Part shown: piece by piece, positions 16,117 to 24,410 of the stretch
Numbering within the stretch: the first letter of the stretch is position 1
How the letters are laid out: every line of letters begins with the position of its first letter
Virus record (IMG/VR): IMGVR_UViG_3300017922_000013
From: a virus
Direction: 5' to 3' (one strand)
DNA: 24,410 nt
Program-made: the position numbers and the translations under genes
The notes under the pieces: model-generated
The model's database searches: none
Told to the model about the DNA's origin: nothing
The model's input: only the letters and a program-made list of their open reading frames with translations

Positions 16117-16417
16117 TAACGGTGATACATATATAAAAATACCATCGAACCATGCAGGAAAATATTGGATTACATGGACTACTACGATAACTGGAAATCC
16201 AGTTGATATATTTGAATACGGTATATTTATAAATGAAAATATAGTTAATAAAAGTATATCACGTAATAACCAAGGTTTCGCTGGATACGGTAACTTGTCT
16301 GGTACTTCTATATTAGATTTAAGTGACGGTGATGAAATTAGGTGTGCTATACGTAACATAGAAACAGATGGTGACATAACTATATATAATTGTAACGTTG
16401 CTATTATACGCATATAA
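16064..16417 (+). pseudogene. C1q/BclA-like jelly-roll fragment lacking a convincing start
   Basis: IKIPSNHAGKYWITW...FINENIV...LSGTSILDLSDGDEIRCAI resembles C1q/BclA heads; its first 17 codons overlap the previous ORF in the +1 frame. Confidence 0.45.
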
Positions 16418-16425
16418 GCACACAG

Positions 16426-16500
16426 AGAGCCATACAGAGGACTTTAGACGTTAACGAATGGCATAGTACCTATATCAAAATAAAACGTCTGTATGGCTCT
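16426..16500. repeat. 13-bp perfect inverted repeat with 49-nt loop
   Basis: agagccatacaga (16426-16438)/tctgtatggctct (16488-16500). Confidence 0.8.
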
Positions 16501-16529
16501 TATTTTGGCTTTAATAGATTACAACAATT

Positions 16530-16550
16530 TTAGTCCAGACAGACGAGCGA
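16530..16550 (-). promoter_or_regulatory. dispersed dyad motif copy 6, just upstream of a TATA box
   Basis: Minus strand tcgctcgtc-TGTCTGGACT-aa; core ends 13 nt before TTTATATA at 16555. Confidence 0.55.
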
Positions 16551-16554
16551 TAAG

Positions 16555-16587
16555 TTTATATAACATTAGAAACATAAGGTAGTATAT
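16555..16587 (+). promoter_or_regulatory. TATA promoter for the neck/tail operon (probably leaderless)
   Basis: TTTATATA-acattagaaacataaggtagtatat-ATG; same 25-nt spacing and shared ATTA, AACATA and TAGTA blocks as the terS promoter. Confidence 0.7.
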
Positions 16588-17055
16588 ATGTATTGCAATA
16601 TAGATGATGTAAGACTGATGTTACCCGAAGTAACAGCAGATATACTACGTGATAGTACCATCATCTATTTCATCGAAGATGCACAGGAACGTATTGACGT
16701 TAGGTTACGTGGAGTGTACGATGTACCATTCACGACTGCACCTGCACATATACAAAATCTTTGTGCATTGTATGCATCATACTTAACGTTGCGTGTATAT
16801 CCAGACCAAACGGTAGAGGGTGATTTAGAAAGACTTTGGGATGATATAGATACTCTGTTATCTAATCTAACAAACGGTAAGGATGACTTAGGTGACAGTT
16901 ATAAAGTTTCTGATAGTCTGTCTGAACCAATGTTTGTCATAACTAAATCTAAGAGATACCGTAAAAGTAACGTATATGACACACGTAATGAACTAATTAT
17001 ATCTAACGAATCTGAAGATGTATTGCTTGATACAGAAACAATAGTTAAGAAGTGA
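16588..17055 (+). CDS. head-tail adaptor/connector (putative)
   Basis: MYCNIDDVRLML N-terminus typical of gp6/gp15-type adaptors; synteny. Confidence 0.65.
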   Translation: MYCNIDDVRLMLPEVTADILRDSTIIYFIEDAQERIDVRLRGVYDVPFTTAPAHIQNLCALYASYLTLRVYPDQTVEGDLERLWDDIDTLLSNLTNGKDDLGDSYKVSDSLSEPMFVITKSKRYRKSNVYDTRNELIISNESEDVLLDTETIVKK

Positions 17056-17061
17056 TTGTAA

Positions 17062-17502
17062 ATGGCTAATATAGATTTAAGTTCATTTGAAGATAATCTA
17101 AAAAATATTTTACAGTCTAACTCAACTATTGTCAACAATACTACAAGAATAAATACTGGTATGTTTGATATTGGTTCAGTTAGAGGTATACAACTGTATG
17201 TCAAAGCAGAACCATATCAGAATAGTACAGAAAGCAGGTTATTAAATGCACGTAGATATGAGATACCTGTTAATGTACATATGGTATGTCGTAGTAGAAC
17301 ATTAAGCAATCTACATTCAGACATACGTGATTTGTACCCTGAGATTGAAGAAACAATCCAGAAAAACAATAGATTAAACGGTATCAGCAATGGTATAATT
17401 AGTTATGATGTAGAACCATATGAGATAGATGATGAGAACGGTAATCCAGAAGCATACATACTGACAATAACGGTATTGTATGATTTCATATTAACATTAT
17501 AA
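17062..17502 (+). CDS. tail terminator/completion protein (putative)
   Basis: 146 aa directly before the tail tube gene; synteny. Confidence 0.55.
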   Translation: MANIDLSSFEDNLKNILQSNSTIVNNTTRINTGMFDIGSVRGIQLYVKAEPYQNSTESRLLNARRYEIPVNVHMVCRSRTLSNLHSDIRDLYPEIEETIQKNNRLNGISNGIISYDVEPYEIDDENGNPEAYILTITVLYDFILTL

Positions 17503-17519
17503 TAAAGAGGTAATTACAA

Positions 17520-18062
17520 ATGGCAGCAACAACTAAAGAGACATATCGTGGCAGTGAATGTAAAGTTGAGATATTCATTGACCAAAATGACCCCGGTGCA
17601 GCACCCGGTAGTTCATTAACTGATTGGACTGATGCTATAACTGCTGGTGATGTACATGAAGTATTCGTAGCACAATCAGTAGAAGCAAACGCAAGTACAG
17701 AAGTAACCAGAATTAATGGTATGAACCAGCGTAGACCATATGGTACTAAAGAAGGTAATATAGACTACACATGGAGTTTAGATACCCTGTATACTACCGA
17801 TACTTATGATGACGATGGTGCAACTGCAACATCTTATGATATACTTGAATTAATTGATAAAGATGGTGAAGGTTCTAAGTTCGCTATGCTCATAACTATA
17901 CAGGATGCTTCGGGTGATAGTTCAGGTGCATCCGCAGTTAAATATATTGAGTTAATTGGATGCAATACTGAAGAAAGTAATTTCAGTGTTGGTACTGATA
18001 GTGATGCAGGCGTATCGTTGTCTGGTGCAGCAGAAGACAGAAATATATTGACACCAGCATAA
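17520..18062 (+). CDS. major tail (tube) protein
   Basis: AAAGAGGT RBS; 180 aa acidic beta protein, EGNIDYTWSLDTLY motif; precedes chaperones and tape measure. Confidence 0.7.
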   Translation: MAATTKETYRGSECKVEIFIDQNDPGAAPGSSLTDWTDAITAGDVHEVFVAQSVEANASTEVTRINGMNQRRPYGTKEGNIDYTWSLDTLYTTDTYDDDGATATSYDILELIDKDGEGSKFAMLITIQDASGDSSGASAVKYIELIGCNTEESNFSVGTDSDAGVSLSGAAEDRNILTPA

Positions 18063-18077
18063 TCGTAAGGTGATAAA

Positions 18078-18425
18078 ATGGGAGAAGGCATATTTAGTAA
18101 ACTTGCGACTACAAAGAAATTTACATATGATGATATTAATGGTATTGCACCAATATCATTCACTTACAAACTTTTGAGTGTCCAAGACCAGATAGACGCA
18201 CAGAACTACGAACCTAAAGAAGATGCTGTGCTTTATCTAATCTACATCAGTATTAAAGATAACATCGATGAAGACATGCTTATCGATAAGAACGGTAACA
18301 AAAAAGAACTGACTATCGATGACATTCGTGGTATACCCGCATGTTTAGTCGAAGCAATGTTCACGGATATTCTTGAGTTTAATAACATCGATGTAGAGAA
18401 AATAAAAGAAAGTGTTGAACAGTAA
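18078..18425 (+). CDS. tail assembly chaperone (G-like)
   Basis: GGTGA RBS; acidic 115 aa between tail tube and tape measure. Confidence 0.65.
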   Translation: MGEGIFSKLATTKKFTYDDINGIAPISFTYKLLSVQDQIDAQNYEPKEDAVLYLIYISIKDNIDEDMLIDKNGNKKELTIDDIRGIPACLVEAMFTDILEFNNIDVEKIKESVEQ

Positions 18426-18433
18426 GGATAATT

Positions 18434-18703
18434 ATGTACGAACTTGAACTATATCTATACTTGTTTGCTAAAGAGTTAGGTTAGGATTACGAGTTCGTAC
18501 TTAACATGCCTTACAAATTCTTTAGAATGTGTGTAATAGAATTACAAGAAGAAGGTAAGGCTAACAAAGCAGCATCTAACGGTAAGAAATACAATCGTAA
18601 CCCACAACACGATATATTATTTGAAGATGATAAAAAACGTTACGATGATATGATTAAAGCACGTAGAGAAGAAATAAGACGTTCTAAGATGTCTGGACAG
18701 TGA
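18434..18703 (+). CDS. tail assembly chaperone T-like protein with in-frame TAG at 18482-18484 (89 aa with read-through)
   Basis: MYELELYLYLFAKELG(TAG)DYEFVLNMPYKFFRM...; the LFAKELGxDYEFVLNMP motif spans the amber; the ORF track calls only 18506..18703. Confidence 0.65.
18690..18699 (+). promoter_or_regulatory. dispersed dyad motif copy 7 (core only)
   Basis: TGTCTGGACA immediately before the GTG start at 18700. Confidence 0.3.
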
Positions 18704-19170
18704 TTGTATTGACGCATAGTTACGTTATAACAAGAACAGGTAACGCTTACAATACAATGCGTAGGTTTCATTTGAGTATTAATAATAATCTAAGTGAAGC
18801 GTTGAATAATATCGGTAAGTATGCACGTTATTATTCAATGATTTCTGCACCTGTTTACAATCCTGCTAAATATCCAGACTTTTATAATTTTAAAAATCAT
18901 TATACACCACCCGGTAAATTAAAGAGTTCTATACGTAAATTTAAAACTAAACGTGCCTTTGGGTTTTTAGGTGTAGATTATTTTAGTGTACGTATAGGTT
19001 CACGTGTTAAGTATGCAAGTTATATGGAACGTGGATTTAGACATCACTTAAGCGGTAAAATAGTTAGAGGCAGGCGTTTCTTACGTGGTGGTGCAAGACT
19101 TGCTGTAAGTAGACATCATAAAATGGAGATAGAAAAGGCAGTACGTAAATCGTTCGGGAGAGTTTATTAA
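18700..19170 (+). CDS. HK97 gp10-like tail/neck component
   Basis: GTGA overlap; APV...PGKLKSSI...IGSRVKYASYMERG...RRFL pattern; basic. Confidence 0.65.
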   Translation: MIVLTHSYVITRTGNAYNTMRRFHLSINNNLSEALNNIGKYARYYSMISAPVYNPAKYPDFYNFKNHYTPPGKLKSSIRKFKTKRAFGFLGVDYFSVRIGSRVKYASYMERGFRHHLSGKIVRGRRFLRGGARLAVSRHHKMEIEKAVRKSFGRVY

Positions 19171-20870
19171 TGGCAAGTGAAACTATCACAATTATTTTAG
19201 TATCCAATGCATCAAAGGAAGCACTTAAAATTGCTGCATCTATGAAAAGATTAGATGGTAGCATGAGCGGTGTAACCAGAGAAAGTGCTAAACAGCAAGT
19301 ATCATTCGCTGGTTTGATTGCATCTTATCTTGGTTTAAATAGAGCAACTCAAAGTAATACAAATGAAACACGTGAGAATACCAAAGCAAAGATGAGTAAT
19401 ATCGCTGCTACTGGTATTGCAGCGTTACGTAATCATTACATGGCACGTAGCAGTCATACAGCAGGTATGAACATAGGAATGCTGTCTCTACGTATACAAG
19501 AATGGCTTGTACCAGCGTTAGGACTTGCATACTCTGCAATGATACCAGTAATCGCTGGATTGGCTACAATAGGTGCGACTGCAATTACAGCAGCAGCAGG
19601 TTTAGTAGGTATGGCTGGTGTCGGGTTAGCAGCATGGAGTCAACAGTTAAAAGGTAAGAACCGTTTGGATATGCAGGCTAACTGGGCTTTTAGAGATGAA
19701 GGTAACTTTGGTGATGTTGTACTTGAAGGTTTAGTAGACGCATTACACAACCCATCTATACGTTCACGTATGGATAAAGCAGTAATGTGGACTAAAGATA
19801 TATTTCATAACATTCTACCTAACGCACTTATATCATTTGTTAAGAATGTAGATATGGGTGCAATCGGTATGATTGTAGATTTATTTAGTAAATGGCTACC
19901 TTCTGCTATGGGTGATTTAGCAGCATGGGGTAGTCAGTTAGTTAACATATTCGGTGAACAAGCGTTAGGTATGGTCGACAGTGCTATACGTACACTTGCT
20001 GGTGCAATAACTGACTTTGCACGTTGGATGTCATCTGGTGGTTCAGAAGATGTCGTTGATTTCATGAATGTACTTGTTGATATGCTTGGTCTCATTGGTA
20101 GATTAGGTATGGCTACATTACCAGTGCTTAATAAGTTCTTATCTGGTATTTATCCACATCCACTTAAACCGATAGCAAATACGTTAATTGAGTTAATGAA
20201 CACACTCAATGAAAGTCCAATGGCTATGAATGCTGTACTTAAATTATCACAAGCATTGTTATATATGTTCGTTGCTAAGAAAGTAGCAGACGCAATATTT
20301 AAACTTGCATTTTCTATTGAGAAATTATTTGGAATGTTGAATAAAATATCATTGACAGCAATTGGTAAACGTGTGTTTACAGTAGGTGCATTAAAATCAT
20401 TTGCAGCAGGTGTAGCAGGTCAGATATTCGCTGGTGTAGCAATAGGATTAGTAGGTGTAGCAGCACTTGCTAAAACTGGTATACTCAATGTTATATCTGA
20501 TTTAGGTCAGGGATTTAGAGATTTCTTATCACAAGCACATATGGTACGTGATGTATTATATTCGGTGCTTGCACCTACACTAATGTTAGGATTATCTGCA
20601 TTACGTGCTATAAGTTACATACCCGGTGTAGATGGATTAAGTTCAGAACAATATAATAGAGCAATGGGTCAAGTGTTAGGTGCACCTAAACGTTTGATTA
20701 CAGGTGGTGCTGAACACGCAAGGGAAGTAGCAGTAGGTGCTTACAGGGACAGACAAGATGTAAGCATTAACCTGACAATGGATGATGACCTTAATCTTGA
20801 AGCAGTACTTGAAGAAAAGATTAGAGATGGTAAACGTAACAATAAAACACGTGTAATTCAGGGGTACTAA
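19170..20870 (+). CDS. tape measure protein
   Basis: 566 aa Ala/Gly/Leu-rich helical protein after the chaperones; ITIILVSNASKEALKI start; TAATG overlap. Confidence 0.8.
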   Translation: MASETITIILVSNASKEALKIAASMKRLDGSMSGVTRESAKQQVSFAGLIASYLGLNRATQSNTNETRENTKAKMSNIAATGIAALRNHYMARSSHTAGMNIGMLSLRIQEWLVPALGLAYSAMIPVIAGLATIGATAITAAAGLVGMAGVGLAAWSQQLKGKNRLDMQANWAFRDEGNFGDVVLEGLVDALHNPSIRSRMDKAVMWTKDIFHNILPNALISFVKNVDMGAIGMIVDLFSKWLPSAMGDLAAWGSQLVNIFGEQALGMVDSAIRTLAGAITDFARWMSSGGSEDVVDFMNVLVDMLGLIGRLGMATLPVLNKFLSGIYPHPLKPIANTLIELMNTLNESPMAMNAVLKLSQALLYMFVAKKVADAIFKLAFSIEKLFGMLNKISLTAIGKRVFTVGALKSFAAGVAGQIFAGVAIGLVGVAALAKTGILNVISDLGQGFRDFLSQAHMVRDVLYSVLAPTLMLGLSALRAISYIPGVDGLSSEQYNRAMGQVLGAPKRLITGGAEHAREVAVGAYRDRQDVSINLTMDDDLNLEAVLEEKIRDGKRNNKTRVIQGY

Positions 20871-20872
20871 TT

Positions 20873-23008
20873 ATGGATGCTACTGGTATCAATCCCAAAT
20901 ATAAAATAAGATTATTTAATACCAAAAATAGACCAGAAGATGTAGGTGGTTCTACAAATCTACCTGCTGGTTTCGATACTAAACGCCTTGGTTGGTATGA
21001 GTTACAGCCTGAATTATCTATATTTACAGAATTATCTATATCAAGCAGGATAGATAATGGTTCAATCGGTAACATAAGGTTTGTAGATGATTACAAATAT
21101 CTTTACACTGCTGAGATAATGTCAGGGGCATATACACGCTTAGACAGTCCAGTGAGTGTTGATACACAACCTACATCAAACGGTAGTAAAATATTGGTTT
21201 ACGTTGACGATAACGGTGACGGTACTGACTGTACAGGAACGGTGTCAATATCTGGCACTGACCTGTCTGACCAAGCGTTGTCTGAAGACATACCCATCGG
21301 TTCTAATTCAGGTACTTACGTTAGTTCAAATACATTTAAAACTATTGATACAGATGGTATAACAATTACTGATGTTGATTCATCATGTGTAATCACAATA
21401 TTTGGTGATATAGGTACAGAAGTTAACAGACGTGAAATACAAATATTGTGTGATACAAACGATGATGACGTATATGGATTAATGTTCGGTGGTTACATAA
21501 CCATTTTACCATCTGAACATAGATATAACTATACTGCTTATACTGGTAAACTGTTTGACTATACGGATTACCTTAAAAATAACGATTATACCTGTGGGTA
21601 CATGACTAAATATAGGTGTGCAAATTATTCACAGACTGGTGCAGTTGGTACATGTTCACAAAGTAGCGATGGTGAAGGACAAGCAAATTGGCAAGTCAAT
21701 TGTTTCAACGGTGATTATAAACCATCACATCCACCTTTCGGTGATTTTACTATAACAGATAACGTAGGCGAACAATACGAATGTGGTGATTATGTAGCAG
21801 GTACAGAGATATTACCGTTTGATGGTTATACTTATCTCGATGATTATTACGATGACACAAGTCAATATTACAAACCACATCCATACGATTACTTTGATGC
21901 AATGTTAGCATTAAAAGTTTATCTTAACAATATAGAAACCGATAAAGTTGTATCACGTGATTACAGTTTGTTCCCATTAGATTATGGTACAATTACGTCA
22001 GGTAATGGTACTATGCAATCAGGTGATACAAGCGTACAAATTGAGAACGCTAACGGTTTCATAATAGACGAAAGTAAAGATTATATTGCTATATGTGAAA
22101 ACGATTTAATGGAAGTCAAAGCGTTCAGTGGCACTGGTACTACACGTACACTTACTGTTACAAGAGATATTAAAAATGTAATATCACAAGACCATGACGT
22201 TGGTACAGCGATATACATACTTGAAGCAGGTAACATAACCGATGGTATGGCTGACCGGAACAATACACTTTTACCGGGTATTGTTTATACATCGACAGTT
22301 TATCGTACTGGTAAGAGTATCGCTGAAAACCTAAGTTACAGATTTGAGAATGAAACATGTGTGTTTTGGGTAGACGATTACAAACAATTACATATTAATG
22401 TATTCGATGGTGCTAATCCGGGTTATAGTGCTGATTTAACATTCTCTGAGACTGATAGTGATTTCCCTATACTTAAAGCATTGGATATAAGTGAATCTGA
22501 TGTTATAAATAAAGTTGTTTCAGATGTTGATACTGGTGACAAAATTTATAGATGTCAACTTAACTCAAGTGATATATCAACACGTTACGGTGAATCAGTA
22601 ACTTTGTTTGGTGAGAAAACAGGTGAGTTACAGTTTGAATTAGTTAATGCAGTAGGTGAAACTGATTATAGTGCTGGTAGAGTTGGGTTTACTTCACATG
22701 CTGTAAGGTTCTTAAAGAAAAACTCATTCCCAAGATTTAGGCAAACATTAAGATTCTTTGGATTTGTACCAGCAGAACATCAATGGGAAAATGGATATGA
22801 CCCATTACTTAATTACACTGACAACTATAATAACCATATTGATTTACGTGGATTAAGATGTGAAGCACCTGATTATCATTTCGATGATAAACCCACTAAA
22901 ACATTCATAATAGAACAAGTTAAATATGTAACTAAAGGATATGGTGTACTTTATACTGATATTACTATGAGTAGATTAAGTTCACCTTCTGATTACGGAG
23001 TGATATAA
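20873..23008 (+). CDS. tail tip/hub protein (711 aa) with inserted beta modules
   Basis: Directly after the tape measure gene; Tyr/Asp-rich; FWVDDYKQLHI resembles hub-type motifs. Confidence 0.55.
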   Translation: MDATGINPKYKIRLFNTKNRPEDVGGSTNLPAGFDTKRLGWYELQPELSIFTELSISSRIDNGSIGNIRFVDDYKYLYTAEIMSGAYTRLDSPVSVDTQPTSNGSKILVYVDDNGDGTDCTGTVSISGTDLSDQALSEDIPIGSNSGTYVSSNTFKTIDTDGITITDVDSSCVITIFGDIGTEVNRREIQILCDTNDDDVYGLMFGGYITILPSEHRYNYTAYTGKLFDYTDYLKNNDYTCGYMTKYRCANYSQTGAVGTCSQSSDGEGQANWQVNCFNGDYKPSHPPFGDFTITDNVGEQYECGDYVAGTEILPFDGYTYLDDYYDDTSQYYKPHPYDYFDAMLALKVYLNNIETDKVVSRDYSLFPLDYGTITSGNGTMQSGDTSVQIENANGFIIDESKDYIAICENDLMEVKAFSGTGTTRTLTVTRDIKNVISQDHDVGTAIYILEAGNITDGMADRNNTLLPGIVYTSTVYRTGKSIAENLSYRFENETCVFWVDDYKQLHINVFDGANPGYSADLTFSETDSDFPILKALDISESDVINKVVSDVDTGDKIYRCQLNSSDISTRYGESVTLFGEKTGELQFELVNAVGETDYSAGRVGFTSHAVRFLKKNSFPRFRQTLRFFGFVPAEHQWENGYDPLLNYTDNYNNHIDLRGLRCEAPDYHFDDKPTKTFIIEQVKYVTKGYGVLYTDITMSRLSSPSDYGVI

Positions 23009-23322
23009 TGAGTTTACGAGACGCAATCGCTGATGTGTGTACAGATGTTATCAATAGTCTAAGCGTACTTAGACTCAGACTACTTACGAGTGACGGTGCT
23101 AAACCTTTAGTTATACGTCATCAATCCGGTGCTAAACTTGAATTAAAGAACGATGGTAAAGTGTACTATAACGGCACTGAGATTGGTACTGGTTCAGGGG
23201 GTGGTGTAACCAATCCAATGACATCTGATTTAGATACTGGTGGTTACAAAATATATAATGATAGTGGTGCTGTTACATTTGAATCAAGTACCGGTGTATT
23301 TACATTCCAAAAGAGTTCCTGA
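23008..23322 (+). CDS. small tail-tip/spike-like protein (104 aa)
   Basis: TAATG overlap; IRHQSGAKLELKNDGKVYYNG resembles spike beta-strand repeats. Confidence 0.5.
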   Translation: MSLRDAIADVCTDVINSLSVLRLRLLTSDGAKPLVIRHQSGAKLELKNDGKVYYNGTEIGTGSGGGVTNPMTSDLDTGGYKIYNDSGAVTFESSTGVFTFQKSS

Positions 23323-23331
23323 GGTTAAACG

Positions 23332-24410
23332 ATGGTTTTATATACGGTTGGGTCAAAGGCTAACGTTGGTTATAAACAGGTACTACATGAACCGGGTGAC
23401 AGTTGTGACTATTACGGTACACTTATATCTGCATCAAATAAATATTGTCTATTTGTAAATACAAAAAATCCTTCCAGTGCAAGTGGACTCTTGGACAATA
23501 TTAAAATGTATGTTTATTATTGTTTATATTACTATGACGACAATGGTATAAATAAATTCATTGAACCATATTATAAGATATGCAGTGTATATACGAATAG
23601 TGGAAATTATGAAATACGTTCTTCATCTGATTGGTTAGGCGGTTCTGATACATCAATTGGTTACTTTAATCCAAGGGAAATATCACATGATTACCTTGGC
23701 ATAACAATGTATAAGGGTGATTATATTGGGGTATTATTTGATTTCACTCGAACAGGTGGAACAAATGAGAAAATAATACTTCCAACCGATGACTATGATA
23801 CAACAAATCACGGAAAATATAAAACGGATTCATCACTTCTTACATCATGGGACTTATTGTCATACCCGGAAAATGGTAGGATTTATCTCTATGGAGAATT
23901 AGTAGAAGACCCCAATTCCGGTGGAGGCGGAGAAGAAGAAGAAAACCCTATAGGTGGTGGTATAGGCGGTGAACCGAAACAATCGTGTCATACCGACAGT
24001 GGTATTTACGAAGTAGGTGAAACAACTGTCGATACATGGGGCAAATTACAGCCACAAGATTTTGGTACATCAGGTGGCGAAGATGCTGTTTATGTAGATA
24101 TGGTTTATCCGTGGGATGAAGATGGCGAATGGCAAATAGATAAAGTGCTTGTCGATGGTGTAACTGAAGTGTTTGATAACCCCGATGACCCAACAGAACA
24201 TGTGTCATACAATGTAAATTTGGTTATAGGTTCACCATCTACAATGTATGATATATATGAGTGTTGGTGGAAAGAATCTGAAACTGGTGACGTATATGTA
24301 TCGCTTGATGGAAGTGATAGTAATTTCGGTACTTATTGGGATGATGCATACAGAACAGTGACAAAAGGTGTTTCCGAAGTCAGCGATGGGCAATTCGTCA
24401 ACATTGATGA
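23332..24410 (+). CDS. tail spike/adhesin, partial (over 359 aa), beginning a parallel beta-helix domain; not in ORF track
   Basis: GAGGT RBS at 23321; open to window end; GGGGEEEE linker; ends VYVSLDGSDSNFGTYWDDAYRTVTKGVSEVSDGQFVNID. Confidence 0.75.
   Translation, partial: MVLYTVGSKANVGYKQVLHEPGDSCDYYGTLISASNKYCLFVNTKNPSSASGLLDNIKMYVYYCLYYYDDNGINKFIEPYYKICSVYTNSGNYEIRSSSDWLGGSDTSIGYFNPREISHDYLGITMYKGDYIGVLFDFTRTGGTNEKIILPTDDYDTTNHGKYKTDSSLLTSWDLLSYPENGRIYLYGELVEDPNSGGGGEEEENPIGGGIGGEPKQSCHTDSGIYEVGETTVDTWGKLQPQDFGTSGGEDAVYVDMVYPWDEDGEWQIDKVLVDGVTEVFDNPDDPTEHVSYNVNLVIGSPSTMYDIYECWWKESETGDVYVSLDGSDSNFGTYWDDAYRTVTKGVSEVSDGQFVNID

Noticed and set aside
18380-18433. Canonical -1 frameshift from the G-like gene into the T-like frame
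   Set aside because: The -1 frame has TGA at 18416-18418 and no X-XXY-YYZ heptamer lies after it.
4248-24208. Minus-strand and alternative-frame ORFs within the structural operon (for example 4248, 5611, 13341, 14741, 15988, 23240, 23948)
   Set aside because: They overlap well-supported genes, lack RBSs and have shadow-frame composition.
1-24410. DGR template repeat, reverse transcriptase, integrase, transposase, tRNA or pseudomurein endopeptidase genes
   Set aside because: None recognisable on either strand by manual reading.

Overview
Morphogenesis arm plus part of the divergent early arm of an AT-rich (roughly 35-37% GC by eye) archaeal tailed virus (Caudoviricetes; siphovirus-like, no sheath gene seen). 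GGTGA/GAGGTGA ribosome-binding sites, BRE/TATA promoters and acidic proteins point to a methanogen host, plausibly Methanosarcinaceae (inference). Layout: small leftward genes separated by a repeated intergenic element (1-2173); a 1.66-kb repeat-rich non-coding region; then rightward TerS, an accessory fibre block, TerL, portal, protease/scaffold, capsid, neck, tail tube, chaperones, tape measure, tail tip and a truncated beta-helix spike. Main signals: (1) an in-frame TAG in the tail-chaperone T-like gene while none of 30 called genes ends in TAG, suggesting pyrrolysine/amber read-through in place of the usual G/GT frameshift; (2) a DGR-type variable region ending a 1019-aa fibre, with no template repeat or RT in the window; (3) a TGTC-TG-GACW dyad dispersed seven times; (4) GATC absent except for 8 sites inside one fibre segment; (5) 10-bp-phased arrays upstream of terS. 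All counts are manual and all protein calls rest on motif recognition and synteny, not database searches.
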